From Octopus vulgaris (lineage: Eukaryota): 64,000 bases of DNA. The stretch covers positions 53,506,001-53,570,000 of the forward strand of contig OX597825.1 of the NCBI GenBank assembly GCA_951406725.2, in the 5' to 3' direction. A program made the position numbers and the translations under genes. Position 1 is the stretch's first letter, and each line of letters opens with the position of its first letter. The notes under the pieces were generated by a model, which saw only the letters and a program-made list of their open reading frames with translations, made no database searches and had not been told where the DNA came from. Of this stretch, positions 26,717-39,965 are shown one piece after another.

Positions 26717-26995
26717 AAAATGTCATGATGAATAATTTCACAAATGGCCACAATCATCCACGACATGTCGGACAATACAATGAAGGAGACAAGAATATAG
26801 TGGCGGAGGAGTTAGTCATGTAAAATATAACAACAATAAAGAAAAGTGAAATGAAGAATGCACCTCCACCAATAGAACACATCCTTATCTATGAACGTCA
26901 CAAATCCCTGATATCTTGAAGATCACGGTGAGAGCACTTTCTCAGTTGTAGTTTCCCACATTACATGTTCTTGCTGAGTGTGAATCTTTTCACTC

Positions 26996-27780
26996 TATGA
27001 GGGTGGGTTGAAAGTCTCCTAGGCCAACCATGAAAGTGTGTTGTTAAAGTTGTGAAATTTTACATGCGTTAATTTCAGCCATTAGTATGAATAACCGCTT
27101 TGGTTCCTTCTGGTTACATTGATATCTGACAGTTCAAAGAATACTTCAAAATGACTCGTAATGACATCTCTTCAAAATGGACAAAATTTGACATCATGAT
27201 ATTCTAATATACCTGCAGTAAAACGAAACGGTTTAGTCCGCAACGATATTCATGCTGACATGGTTGCTACATTAGGGCAAAATGCTCTAGTTTTATCAGT
27301 AGTGCAAAAGTGGCCAGCTGAATTTAGGAGGGGAAGGGAGAGTCTTGAAGATAGCCCACGGTCTAAACAATCTGTAACTTCCACCACAAGATAATGGATG
27401 ACATACTACTGATGATAAAGAGCCACTGCTATTACCAAAATCAGACATTGTTTGAAGTAGATCCAACTCGTTTCCTTTAAAGTTTCCTAGCTCATCACTT
27501 CAGCCAGAGAAAATAGCATAATCCGTATAGTGAATACACCCCTCCTCACCTGCTCAAAAGAAGGCCAAGATATTTTCATCTGCAGTGAAGGTCATGGTAT
27601 GGGTTTTGGGGGATACATTAGACATTGTTTTCATTGACTGCAGCTTTGAACTGGTTGATAACCGTCTCTAATGTCCTGATTCGGCCCCATCTAGCTATTA
27701 TTTGTTACCCACCGTGAAAAATCACTTGACTGGGAACGAGTATCACAGTGATGAAATAGTAATATCTCTGCTGCTAGTCG
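26996..27780 (+). mobile_element. Mariner-like transposon remnant
   Basis: TIR-like TATGAGGGTGGGTTGAAAGT; IHADMVATLG..VVQKWPAEFRRGRESLEDSPRS (HTH region); KKAKIFSSAVKVMV; PDSAPSSYYL (cf. SPDLAPSDYYL). Confidence 0.8.
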
Positions 27781-28379
27781 GTACTTTTGATGTCTTGCTT
27801 GAAAAGGCTGATATCCGTTTACCTAAAATGAAACAATGCAGTTATTGAAATTAAAGCATGCGATTTTACACATCTCTAGCATCAACCCTTCATTATCCAC
27901 CGATGAAATTTTCAGCCGAACGTCATGTATATATTACATTATATTTATTGTATTCTGTCCTCCTCTCATTTTCCGCTCCAGATGCTGTGTGACACTCTAC
28001 CGTGCAATACTTCTGGCGGAAACACAACTTATATTACGAAAACACATCACACCACGCCCTCATTTAACATTAACAATACATAACTGAAAAACTCATTATC
28101 TCTTCAAATACTTGATTTCACTATCGCCGAGCATTTGGAAGAACACATCCTTATAATACCTAAGAGCCCATAACAAAGCTAATCCTTCACTTCAAAGCCA
28201 TAAAATATGTCGGTTTTCCATAGCCGCTGACTCCCTGCAAGGTTCAAGTGGAACCCACAACAAGAACGGTGCTCTTTCTAAATTCACAGGTGTCTTGGAC
28301 AGCATCGAAAATTAATAACCGTTGATTAAATAGTATTTACTCAATAACGTAAGCTCACAGACCTGCTACCTCCTCTGTC

Positions 28380-28800
28380 GTTTTTATTGCTTGTTTATCC
28401 CCCGCTCACCTGAACTGGTTGGTCCCAAAACCCAACCAATCTCATACCAAAATACGTATCAGACTCATATTAGATTGCCCAGGATTTTTCTCCTCTGAAT
28501 AGTGGCCGTCTGTTATCTTCCTCCCATCAACGTCATTCCAGAAGAAGAAAAGCAAATACTTAACGGCATCAACTTCATCAGTCTCACTAATCTTGCAAGA
28601 GTTAAAGACTATGCTCTTCCTTCTGTCTTAAGAGGGAGTCGATGAGAACCAGGTGACCTGTCATGTTTTCAAACAGTTCAGTCAATCCTGTTTCACCGTA
28701 GTTACCAAACATAGGAACGTAATTTGCATTTTTCATCTAAAAGAAACAGTATTACAATCTTCTCGATGGACCTGGCCGATATTCGGACCCACATGTTAGT
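28380..28800 (-). mobile_element. Possible very decayed Tc1/mariner-type transposase
   Basis: ILFLLDEK and FFFWNDVDGRKITDGHY loosely match IxFSDE and YFFENxxGxxVTVNGxRY. Confidence 0.35.
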
Positions 28801-29062
28801 GATGCTCCGATGGAGTGTATGCAGAATGGTTTTAAAGCTGAAGGCACTTGCATTTTGGTGGAACCTATTTTCAACCATTACGGTATCCATCTTTGGTTAA
28901 GTTATTACAATCTAAAATAAATATGCGTTTCCCAGTAGTGTTATTTATCTAACAATTTATTTAATGTAGCAAGAAGCTTCATCTGAGATTATGTTTCCAT
29001 ATTGAAAAATTTACATCACGGAAGAACCCATTTAGATAACTGATATACATATTTCCTTTCAT

Positions 29063-29295
29063 AAGGCGGCGAGCTAGCAGAAACGTTAGCGCGCCGGGCG
29101 AAATGCTTAGCGGTATTTCGTCTGTCGTTACGTTCTGAGTTCAACTTCCACCGAGGCCGAATTTGCTTTTCATCCTTTCGGGGTCGATAAATAAAGTACC
29201 AGTTTCGAACTGGGGGTCGATGTAATCGACTTAATCTCTTTGTCTGTCCTTGTTTGTCCCATCTATGTTTAGCCCATTGTGGGCAGTAAAGCAAT
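29063..29295 (+). mobile_element. SINE family B (full length)
   Basis: AAGGCGGCGAGCTAGCAGAAACGTTAGC...GAGTTCAACTTCC...TTGTGGGCAGTAAAG. Confidence 0.9.
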
Positions 29296-30347
29296 ATATA
29301 TATATTTCCGTTCATTTCTTAACATGTCAAAAATTTCGTCGCACTTCTGTGATCTGGTCAACTGCAGCATTTGTTGGCATGTAAATTACCCTCCCAGATT
29401 ATTTAGATTATATTTTCGATTTTTTTCACATTTATGACCTTTCGCAAAATTTCCATCGCTTATCATGTTTACATTTTTTTCCCCTTTTTCTTTGCATCGC
29501 TTTTCTCATGAATTTTTGTTTATTACTTTTAATTTTTCTCTTGTTCTTCTACTTTGTTGCCTCCATATTATAAACCTATTTTGTGTACTTAGTTCATTCT
29601 GTCACTATACAATATCCATAAATTCGTATCCGTTGTCTAAATCTTTCGTAAAATGTTCATCTATTCCGGTTATATTTTTGTAGTCTTCACCGTAGACTCT
29701 TTAGAACAATTCTATTTTTGTATTTGCCTTCCTCGTTCTTAAGTACGTAGCAAATACATATATTCACCGTCTATCTAAGATATAGAGAATTATTTTTAAT
29801 CTTTTAATAAATGTCCTTTCGTGTCTTTCTTTCTTTATTTATTCTATTTGCATTTTAATATATTGAAACTGTGGCTAATTACAGAGAGACATACTGTTTA
29901 TACCAATTATTTTGTTTTTCCTTACTACTACTACTACTACTACTACTATTTCTGCTGCCGCTGCTACTGCTACTTTTATAATTTTCTTACTTAATAATTC
30001 TATGCCATTTCATCTATATTCACCATTTTATTACCTGTGAGAGAAGTAAAATATTGATATATTGATAGGAAAGAAAAATCTAAGAACAAACATCACCAAT
30101 GACGACTATGGCGACAGAAACAACAACAACCAGAGCAACACCAATACCTCAATATCTGATAAAATACCTGTGCAAGCTAATTACCGTTACTTGTGTTCAT
30201 TACCTAATGTTGCCAGTTACTCATTAAAGATTTATTTCTGTTTCTAATTAGACAATTATTGATACTATTCTCTACCAAGATTTATTCTGATAATAGTACG
30301 ACAGACTAAATAACAAAAACATCAACAATAGTAATTATAATAATAAA

Positions 30348-30410
<63 letters not shown>

Positions 30411-31029
30411 TATCATCATCATCAGCAGCAGCTGCAGTAGTAGTAGTAGTCTTTATTTATGGACTACTAGTGAGCAAACGTATAATATAAAAGGTGTTAT
30501 ATAGAAACGTAGCAAAAAATTATGTGACAATATAACTGTATAGCATAAATAGATGTAAAGGAACAAAAAGCAACAAAATATGTTAAGATTAAACTTTAGA
30601 GCATAAAATATGCAGAGTAAGGTATCATACTATATGTGATACAAGGGTTTCCTCTAACTTCAATCATCTTCTGCACATTGGCTTCTCCAAATATGCCTGC
30701 GGGCGTAGTTTTTCTCCAAATATTTTGATATTTTGGGTATTTATTTAGCACCATTTTATCAGTTAATACAGAATCCTAGTTCCTTTCGTTGACATCATTC
30801 ATCATTTATATGATTTTCTTGCGACTAGGAACGAACATTCTTTACCGATTCTTAGTGTGGGCGTTCTAATATTCCCAAGACCAGCGGTTGCTAAAAATCA
30901 AACGACAACATTTTCCCATCTAGTATTCCTGAAATAAAATATGATTTTACGCAGGGAATAGCAATTTACAGTTCTTCAAAACGAGAATAATGACGAAGAG
31001 AATAAGATTTTAAAATGTCAACGCATCAT

Positions 31030-31077
31030 ATGATGATGATGATGATGATGATGATAATAATAACAATAATAATGATG

Positions 31078-31153
<76 letters not shown>

Positions 31154-31311
31154 TAATAATAATAATAATAATAGTAATAGTAATAGTAATAATACTAATA
31201 ATAATAATAATAGTAGTAATAATAATAGTAATAATAATAATAATAATGATAATAACAACAACAACAACAATAATAATAATAATAATAATAATAATGATAA
31301 TAATAATAGTA

Positions 31312-31397
<86 letters not shown>
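31030..31397. repeat. (GAT)n/(AAT)n microsatellite array, 5' flank of the Dong-like element
   Basis: Direct reading. Confidence 0.97.
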
Positions 31398-31398
<1 letters not shown>

Positions 31399-31885
31399 GA
31401 GCTCCGGGCTGAATAACAACATGGATGTTCTCTGGGAGCCTCTCTCCAAAAAACGAATTTAATCCAACAACATCGTTGCAATGGAAGAAAGGTTCCACAA
31501 AATATCTTTTCCAAATGTTCTTTTAAGGCAAAGTAACTAAAAAGTCCGAACTATTATTGCCATATATAGTATGGTTTTCTTTCGTTTATGCATAATATTT
31601 CCATGTGACATGCATAAGAAATAGAAGCGAACATCAGAGCTCTTGAAAGACAGTAAGTACATAAATTGATTAGTTAATTAAATAAGTATACATGCAACTG
31701 TTTATGCATACACGTACACATTTTAATTATAAAGCATAAATAATGCTTACACGCGCACACACGTTCACACAGAAAGAAAAACCACGTTACGCGGACGAAA
31801 ACAAAACAAAAACAAAGCGATTTTTCACGAACAAACGCAAAAAAGAGCAACTTGGTCACTGAATTTAGAAAGTCACTGAACAGTT

Positions 31886-34717
31886 ATGCCCGGAAACATG
31901 TCCCCCAAAAGAAATAGAGGCGAATTTCGATCTGTAAGTCTTATGCGAGTTCGATATGAACAATATATTAATTCGGAGAATTCAGAAGCGGTGTCTTGTC
32001 AAAAAATTGACCCTGTACAAACAGTCCCTTCTTCTAACGTCACCGTCACAGAAGCGGCGTCTTGTCAAAAAGTTGACCCTGAAAAAATGGACCCCTCTGA
32101 TGTCGCCGTCAATCATTTAATTAAAACAAGCCAAAAATCATGCCGGATCGGTCATCGCCCGGGACAACAAGGACCGCGTTACCCAGTAGGGAACCAGACT
32201 GGGGTCGAAAAGTTTGCTGCTGGAACAAACTCTCAAAAAGACGATCTACCAGGTGACCAGAACCAGAATACTTCTAACTCTGGACTTGTAGTGACACCAC
32301 CAAAAACACCACCTAAAGCAAAACGTATAAAATGGACCAGAGAGGACTATAGAGATGTGTTGAAAGCTTTTTATACAGCCCAACTAAACCCAAACAATAA
32401 CCTCAGTGTACAGACATACATCTCTTGGAGAAATTCAGTAGGCAATGACGTACGTAGATATATAGACGCAAATAAATTAAGTAATGTACGCAGAGATATA
32501 ATTAAAAACAAAAGACTAACTGACGCTGACATTGACAAAATTAGGACACTAATAGCTCATGGTAGACCAAAAGAAAACAGCAACAATGTAGACGAAATAG
32601 GTAACAGTAGCATAGAAGCCAGTGTACAAGCGGCAAATCAACTTCCCAATGGGGAAGTTAAACAAAGACTAGCGAAGACGAGAGATTTGAAAAAAGAGGA
32701 GAACGTAGACCTTCCTCAAGAAAACCAAAATAGATATGACATAGAATTTGAGGTGAATAATAGAGAAAAGATTATGGAAGCAAAAGTGGACATTATGAGA
32801 GAACTCGGCAAGATTGAGCTCACTGACATGGTTAATAGAGAACCGCTACCAAAGTTTTCAAATGGCACAAGAAATAACAACACAATCATGACATATAACG
32901 TTGCCCTAGGACAGATCTTAAGAAATAAGGGGAATGATCTGACAACCTTAAATAATCTCATTTATTCCACTGCTAAAGTAGTAACTACCCAACTAGGTAT
33001 TAAGATGACTAAGAAAAAGGCCAGGCATGACAATGAACCTCCTAAGTGGAAAGTAGCGATACAAAAAGAGATTGAATCTCTGCGGGCGGATGTTTCAGTT
33101 CTCGATGAGCTTGCTAGAGGAGTGAATATTAAGTCGAGAAAAGCTAGAAAAATCAAGCAAAAATATAAAATCAAAGATCTCATAAACCTCCCTGCAACTA
33201 AAGAACTGTTGAAACAACGGATACAGTTGAAAGCTCAACGGCTTAGAAGGTATGACAAAAGAAACACATTTTATCGACAAAATAAATTTTTTAAGACAGA
33301 TGCAAAGAAATTTTATAGGGAAATTGGCAAAAATAAAATACACATAGAAGATCCACCTAAGATTGAGGAAGTGGAGGAGTTCTGGAAGAAGGTATGGAGC
33401 AACGAAAAAGAGTTTAATGCTGAGGCTGACTGGATAGAACGTGAGAAAGAGAGACTGGATGAACTTGAACAGAAATGGGAAGCAATAGGAATAGAGGAGC
33501 TAAGGTGTGTCCTTAGGAAGGCTCATAAATGGAAAACCCCAGGACTGGATCGGATCCCTAACTTCTGGCTCAATTGTTTGACAGAGGTACACGAACATAT
33601 CGCTGCATCTCTGTCTGATGTCATTCAGAACCCAGAGCAAATACCTGCTTGGCTAACTGAAGGAACCACCTACCTATTACCTAAAACTGAAGACACAAAA
33701 AACCCAAAGAATTACCGGCCAATAACATGTCTCATCACCACCTACAAAATCCTCACATCCATAATAACGGAGAGAATGTACGCTTTCCTTCAACAAAACT
33801 CTGTCCTTCCACAAGCTCAAAAAGGTTGTAAAAGAAACTCTTATGGGTGCAAAGACCAATTGCTCATAAACAGAATGATTGTAGAGAATTGCCGGAGCAA
33901 AAACAAAAACCTGAGTATGGCATGGATAGACTACAGGAAAGCGTATGACAGTATCCCACATAAATGGATACTCAAGGCCCTTGAGATATACAAGATCTCT
34001 CCTGTCGTCTCAAAATTCTTAGAGAATAGAATGACCATGTGGAACACACGTCTCTTTCTAAGCCATAGTAATGGGATGAGCCAGTCCAACAGCATCAACA
34101 TCAAACGAGGCATCTTTCAATGTGACTCCCTCTCTCCATTACTTTTTTGCATGGCACTGATCCCACTCTCAAACGAATTGGATAGTACCAGATATGGGTA
34201 CAAAGTTTTAAGTAAGTTAATAAACCACCTTTTCTATATGGACGACCTAAAGCTGTTTGCCAGGAATGACCAAGAGCTAGAAGGGCTGCTAACAACTGTT
34301 AAAGAGTTTAGCAATGATATCGGAATGGATTTTGGCCTTGATAAATGTGCTAAAGCAACTTTTGTAAGAGGCAAGCTCAGGCAAACAGCTTCTGTTAAAT
34401 TAGATATTGACACTACCATTAAGGAACTTGACCCACAAGAAAGTTACAAATACCTAGGAATCAACGAAGGAGATGGTATACATCATGCTACTATGAAGGA
34501 AAAAATAAGAAAGGAATACTATAGGAGAATAAGGCTTGTACTGAAGACTGAACTCAACTCCAAAAATTTCATTGAGGCCATTAACAACCTGGCGCTTCCA
34601 GTAGTCCAGTACAGTTTTAACATCATTAACTGGAACCTTACGGAACTCCAACGCTTGGACAGGAAGACAAGAAAATTACTAAATCCAAGAGCATGCACCA
34701 CCCTAAGGCAGATGTAG
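31886..34717 (+). CDS. Retrotransposon polyprotein, N-terminal part: Myb-like domain plus reverse transcriptase (frameshifted at ~34682)
   Basis: 943-aa ORF with RIKWTREDY (Myb-like), KTPGLD, NYRPITCL, WIDYRKAYDSIPH, GIFQCDSLSPLLF, HLFYMDDLKLF, FGLDKC, YKYLG. Confidence 0.92.
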   Translation: MPGNMSPKRNRGEFRSVSLMRVRYEQYINSENSEAVSCQKIDPVQTVPSSNVTVTEAASCQKVDPEKMDPSDVAVNHLIKTSQKSCRIGHRPGQQGPRYPVGNQTGVEKFAAGTNSQKDDLPGDQNQNTSNSGLVVTPPKTPPKAKRIKWTREDYRDVLKAFYTAQLNPNNNLSVQTYISWRNSVGNDVRRYIDANKLSNVRRDIIKNKRLTDADIDKIRTLIAHGRPKENSNNVDEIGNSSIEASVQAANQLPNGEVKQRLAKTRDLKKEENVDLPQENQNRYDIEFEVNNREKIMEAKVDIMRELGKIELTDMVNREPLPKFSNGTRNNNTIMTYNVALGQILRNKGNDLTTLNNLIYSTAKVVTTQLGIKMTKKKARHDNEPPKWKVAIQKEIESLRADVSVLDELARGVNIKSRKARKIKQKYKIKDLINLPATKELLKQRIQLKAQRLRRYDKRNTFYRQNKFFKTDAKKFYREIGKNKIHIEDPPKIEEVEEFWKKVWSNEKEFNAEADWIEREKERLDELEQKWEAIGIEELRCVLRKAHKWKTPGLDRIPNFWLNCLTEVHEHIAASLSDVIQNPEQIPAWLTEGTTYLLPKTEDTKNPKNYRPITCLITTYKILTSIITERMYAFLQQNSVLPQAQKGCKRNSYGCKDQLLINRMIVENCRSKNKNLSMAWIDYRKAYDSIPHKWILKALEIYKISPVVSKFLENRMTMWNTRLFLSHSNGMSQSNSINIKRGIFQCDSLSPLLFCMALIPLSNELDSTRYGYKVLSKLINHLFYMDDLKLFARNDQELEGLLTTVKEFSNDIGMDFGLDKCAKATFVRGKLRQTASVKLDIDTTIKELDPQESYKYLGINEGDGIHHATMKEKIRKEYYRRIRLVLKTELNSKNFIEAINNLALPVVQYSFNIINWNLTELQRLDRKTRKLLNPRACTTLRQM

Positions 34718-35787
34718 ACCGCCTGTACCTACCTAGAAGCAGCGGGGGGAGAGGAATGATGCAATTAGAGCTGTGCTATAAGACCTCTACTGTAGGAATG
34801 AACAGGTACCTATCTAGTACAAAGGACTGGATGCTGCGACTTGTGTGCGAACACGAAAGCAGCAAAAAGCTGCATTCTATTATCAAGGAAGCCTATAAGT
34901 TCGAAAGGGAACTAGACATTAACCTTGAATTAGATGAAGAGCCGGAAACCAGTGCTACCAAGCAAGCAAAGCGAATCAAGCAGACTGCAAAAAAGAACGG
35001 GCAGAATCAAATTGAGAGGCGGTGGAGCCAGAAGCCCCTGCATGGACAATATATTCTCCGAAGCCAAAATGCTGATGTAGACCAAGCAACAACCCATCAG
35101 TGGCTGAAGAGTTCTGGATTGAAAGCAGAGACTGAAGGATTCATAATGGCAGCACAAGATCAAAGCTTGTTAACCAGAAATTACAAGGCTAACGTTCTCC
35201 GAAACGGTACTGACCCTAAATGCAGATTCTGCGACACATTTGACGAAACGATAGACCATCCCGTTTCAGGATGTCCTGTGCTGACACCAAACGAATACAA
35301 AAATCGCCACGATAGGGTAGGACAGTATATACATTGGAAGATATGTAAATACTACAAATTCGACACTCCTGCTAACTGGTATGAACACCATCCTCAGCCA
35401 GTTGTTGAAGGTAAGGATGTCACCATCCTCTGGGATTTTCCAGTCAACACTGACAGAACGATCAAGGCTAATCGACCAGACATAATTGTTAAAGACAGGG
35501 AAGAAAATACCTGCAGACTAATAGAGGTAAGCGTCCCCACTGATAAAAATGTATCTGTAAAGGAATTTGACAAACTTAGTAAATATAAGGACCTGGAAAT
35601 CGAAATACAAAAGATGTGGAATCTTAAAACAAAAACTGTTCCTGTTATTGTAGGTGCCCTAGGTATGATAAAAAAGGGATGTCAGAAACACCTAGACAAT
35701 ATCCCTGGAGAACCATGTCTCAAGGAAATCCAAAAGATTGTGCTAACAAGTACTGCCCACATCCTTAGAAAAACCCTATCAATGTAA
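34693..35787 (+). CDS. Retrotransposon polyprotein, C-terminal part: CCHC zinc knuckle plus restriction-like (PD-D/ExK) endonuclease
   Basis: RLYLPRSSGGRGM, ETEGFIMAAQDQ, CRFC..ETIDHPVSGC, RHD, RPDII..IEVSVP..KLSKY; continues the upstream ORF in the -1 frame. Confidence 0.92.
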   Translation: MHHPKADVDRLYLPRSSGGRGMMQLELCYKTSTVGMNRYLSSTKDWMLRLVCEHESSKKLHSIIKEAYKFERELDINLELDEEPETSATKQAKRIKQTAKKNGQNQIERRWSQKPLHGQYILRSQNADVDQATTHQWLKSSGLKAETEGFIMAAQDQSLLTRNYKANVLRNGTDPKCRFCDTFDETIDHPVSGCPVLTPNEYKNRHDRVGQYIHWKICKYYKFDTPANWYEHHPQPVVEGKDVTILWDFPVNTDRTIKANRPDIIVKDREENTCRLIEVSVPTDKNVSVKEFDKLSKYKDLEIEIQKMWNLKTKTVPVIVGALGMIKKGCQKHLDNIPGEPCLKEIQKIVLTSTAHILRKTLSM

Positions 35788-35940
35788 ATGTTTGTGTTTG
35801 TATTACATGGAGATATTTCTCTACTTCCCCTCCCCAAGCTTTCAACTATATTTCAACAACTCTTATCCTTCACTTGCCCTGGGGTGCTGGGTGTGTCCCG
35901 GCAAGTGATTGCATCAAACATGCAGATTAAAAGTAAATGA

Positions 35941-35986
35941 CAATGATAATAATATTAATAACAACAACAACAACAACAACAACAAC

Positions 35987-36061
<75 letters not shown>
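35941..36061. repeat. (AAC)n/(AAT)n array between Dong-like copies
   Basis: Direct reading. Confidence 0.97.
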
Positions 36062-36793
<732 letters not shown>

Positions 36794-36904
36794 GTGCAAT
36801 ATTAGGAATGAGAAGAGGACAGGTAAACAAAAGCGAAGGCATACATGCCCAGACATTAAAATCATTAGTATGGTTTTTGTTGTTGCGGTTATTTTTATTA
36901 TTAT

Positions 36905-37625
36905 TAATATCCAATAGTCTTACTTTTATCACGTGCTTTCACTGCAGTACCGAGTGCAGCTCAGTGTGCCTTGGATATGTGCTCTGGTTTGTTGTGATGC
37001 TCTTATTTTCATTGCATTTAAAGTACTTTACGTAGCATGTGTGAGGTGCCTAGTAGTACTGTTTACTGTATGTTATATATACTTGTTAGTCTAGGTGTTT
37101 TTGTTATGTATTTGTCTGAATATCTTTATCATACCTAATGCGCCTATCATAGGAATTGTTTCTTTTTTTAGACTCCACATTCGGGTTACATCTATTTCCA
37201 GGTCTTTGTATCATGAATGTTTCTCCGTTTCTTTTAGAGAAACATTGTCATTTGTTGGTATTGATACATCGATTAGAAAGCATTTTTTCCTGGTGATCTC
37301 TGAGAACAATATCCGGCCTATTGGCCTTATTTTCTCTATCTGTTCATCAGCATATCCCATACTGTGTTTGCTTTCTCCTTTTCTCTGACCTTTTCTGTGA
37401 TGTGTCTATACCATCTTTTTTCTGTTGTTATTCCATAGTGTTGGTATAGTTTGAATATATTCCTTCTTACTCAGGACTGGGAAACCAGAGACAATATGAT
37501 TTATTGTTTCTTCTCCATCTTCACATATTATGCAGATACATGTATTTCTTTTTATTACAGTAGTAATTTCTAGTGGGAAGGCTTTGATCTTGTGCTGCAA
37601 TTAAAAATCCTTCGGTCTCTGTTCT
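36905..37625 (-). mobile_element. 5'-truncated, decayed Dong/R4-like copy (third subfamily)
   Basis: ETEGFLIAAQDQSLPTRNY, CIIC..EETINHIVSGFPVL, RPDIV, KYKDLEIDVTRMWSLK; AAT-rich flanks. Confidence 0.85.
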
Positions 37626-38179
37626 ATTATTATTATTATTGGTTGTGGTGGTGGTGGTGGTGGTGGTGGTGTTGTTATTATCCGTCCTGATGGAATGCAT
37701 GTGTTTGAACGATCGTAAGTTTTTCCTCTAAATTTCGGTTTCCAAATGTTTTTAATTACTTATTTTCTTTTTAAACGTTTAACCAAAACACCACCTTTGT
37801 ATAGGTTGGCTGCTTTGGGCTGTTACTACACATTTGGGAGCCGTAATCTTCAACAAGCCTGGCTTCGCCAGCCTAGTTGAAAGACATGGAAGACATAGAA
37901 GAGGAAATGAGATATGCTTCACATAGAGAGGTGCAAGATGTCGTAGTACCCTCCACCAACTACGCACAACTTGAAGGGGAGACGAGCACAGCAGGTTCAA
38001 ATTTACGCGCAAGAAATTACCCTGTTGTCAATCAAACATAACAGAAGCATTAAAAAAATATGAAACTGAATTCCCTCCAATACAATTGAAGATTCCGATA
38101 CAAAAGACAGCTCATAGCAGCATCATCACAACTACATCCAACTCCACCGCCGCCACCACCATCAATCCCGGTGCCTCCT

Positions 38180-38690
38180 AACTCTCTCTCTCCTCCTTCC
38201 ACGTGACCGGTGTTCGGCCAGCCATGATCTTTCTTTCTTTCTTGGCCGGATTGCCGACCGCCAGCACCTCGTATGTCCATATCCTATGTACCGGCCTTAA
38301 GGCTTTCACTTTATACACGCCTACTGAATCTGATTCGTTCTCAATCGAAATACACCTGTTGTTATATTCTCTTTGTTTGTATTCATAATTTTGCACCATG
38401 TTCTTTGCTGTTTTTTTTTCTTGTTTACATTCGTTAGCTTTCTTGCAAAAAATATAATGCTCTTAGCTTAGTCTTTTTGGCGGAGACAACCAGATCGAAG
38501 AGCTTCAAGTGTAACTGCTCGAAACTGTAAGGACATCTGCTAACTTGACTGACAAAAGAAGGCCACGAATCACCCGTCCTTTTTTTCCTGTCTCTATATT
38601 TATTGCTTTTTCTGTCCGTCTTTGTATCGTCTATCTGTCCGGATATTTTATTGTCATCTGTTGCGTATTTGATCCATTATATATATATAT
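38180..38690 (+). mobile_element. Diverged homolog of the 23154-24181 pLTR-like repeat, with an HHR-like motif
   Basis: Shared TACATTCG..GCTTTCTT..TAATGC.CTT.GCTTAG..CTTGACTGA..GAAGGC..CGAAT..CCCGTCC; motif CAGATCGAA-GAGC..GCTC-GAAAC..ATCTG at 38491-38539. Confidence 0.6.
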
Positions 38691-38705
38691 ATTTGTATGT
38701 ATATG

Positions 38706-38739
<34 letters not shown>

Positions 38740-38759
38740 ATAGTTCTCATTGATGTTCT

Positions 38760-38925
38760 GCGTGAGACAGAATGTGACAAGGCTAGCATTTTAAATTAGA
38801 AGTATATATGTGTGAACTGGAGCAACGTGAAATAAAGAATCTTGCTCAAGGACACAAAATGTCATCTGAAATCGAACTCATGAACTTACGAGCGTAAGCC
38901 GAATACCCTAAAGATTAAACCATCA
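38760..38925 (-). mobile_element. tRNA-derived SINE with CORE-like segment
   Basis: AAAGAATCTTGCTCAAGGACACAA and GAAATCGAACTC (B box on the minus strand). Confidence 0.6.
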
Positions 38926-39965
38926 CATATGCATGTATACACACAGATATAATATATACACATATATATTCATATAAACAAATACACACATATTCTATAC
39001 CACTACAACCAGCGTACTTCATAACACCTCTTGAAACTGAATTGGTTTGTTAGTAGTGAATTAGAGTCAGACACAATAAAATATATTGAAAACAAAATAA
39101 GCTGAATATTCGATCAAATTCGCCGATAATATTCAAAGAATATGCAAAGAAAAGAAAAAGAAATTACACAAAAACTAAAACCTAAGCCATGAATATAGAA
39201 AGTATGTCACATCTGATGTAGGTTTTAATGTTTTAAAATATTTATGTTCTAAAAATAATTTTGGTGAAAACTCAGACAACAATCCTGTATATGTGATCTG
39301 ACCTTGCATAGAGGAATAGCCGTTATCCTGTTTTTAATCAAACACTTCACAATAATCCGCTGAGAATCGGAAATGGATTATTTTAAAATTCAGCCAAAAT
39401 CAATATTAGTAACCAACAATGTTGACTGACATTTTATATTGTGTGTGTAAGTGTTTGTGTAAGAGAACGTGTCAGTGAGATAGTGAACGTATCTGTGCCT
39501 ATGTGTTAGTATGTCTGTGAGTGTCATTATTGTCGTAGTGTGAATTAGATTGTCTTATAGAGCAGTTGGAGAAAAATGTCACAACAGCTGACTTACGATG
39601 CTTTCAATTCTCTTTATTCTGCTCCAGTTCAAATCTCTCTTTTCCCCGTTTCTGATCTCAATAAATTTGATTGTTATCATGTATGTGCCTGTGTGCTTGT
39701 GTGTGTGTGTGAATTTGTGTGCATGAATGTGTGTTCTGCGTGTGTTTTAAGTATTTGGTAATAATACGTGCAACCAAAATGCACTTTAGCTAAAACAGTA
39801 ACTTGGAATAGACTGTAGAATAACTTGTTGCCTGCTAAGTACTATTTAATTTTGCTCTTCAATACTCTGAAATCAAATGTAGATGAATTATCATTGATTT
39901 TAATTTTTCTTGTATTCGAAAAATGCATATCATTTATATATAATTTTCACTAACCTTGATATATA

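Larger units (their letters stand above)
31398..35940 (+). mobile_element. Near full-length R4/Dong-clade (RLE-type) non-LTR retrotransposon inserted in (AAT)n
   Basis: ~490-bp putative 5' UTR, one long frameshifted ORF and ~150-bp 3' UTR, flanked on both sides by AAT/AAC repeats; Dong elements are known to target (TAA)n. Confidence 0.9.

Noticed and set aside
30560-30960. Another Dong-like 3' relic on the minus strand
   Set aside because: Only faint similarity (KYLEK, VQKMI); too decayed to support.
31398-31480. HDV-like ribozyme at the Dong 5' end (GAGCTCC.../GGGAGC pairing)
   Set aside because: I could not assign P2/P3/L3/P4 by eye; left as a test only.
34670-34717. Programmed -1 ribosomal frameshift between the two Dong ORFs
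   Set aside because: There is no X XXY YYZ slippery site, R4-clade elements have a single ORF, and other point lesions are present. A 1-bp deletion or sequencing error is simpler.
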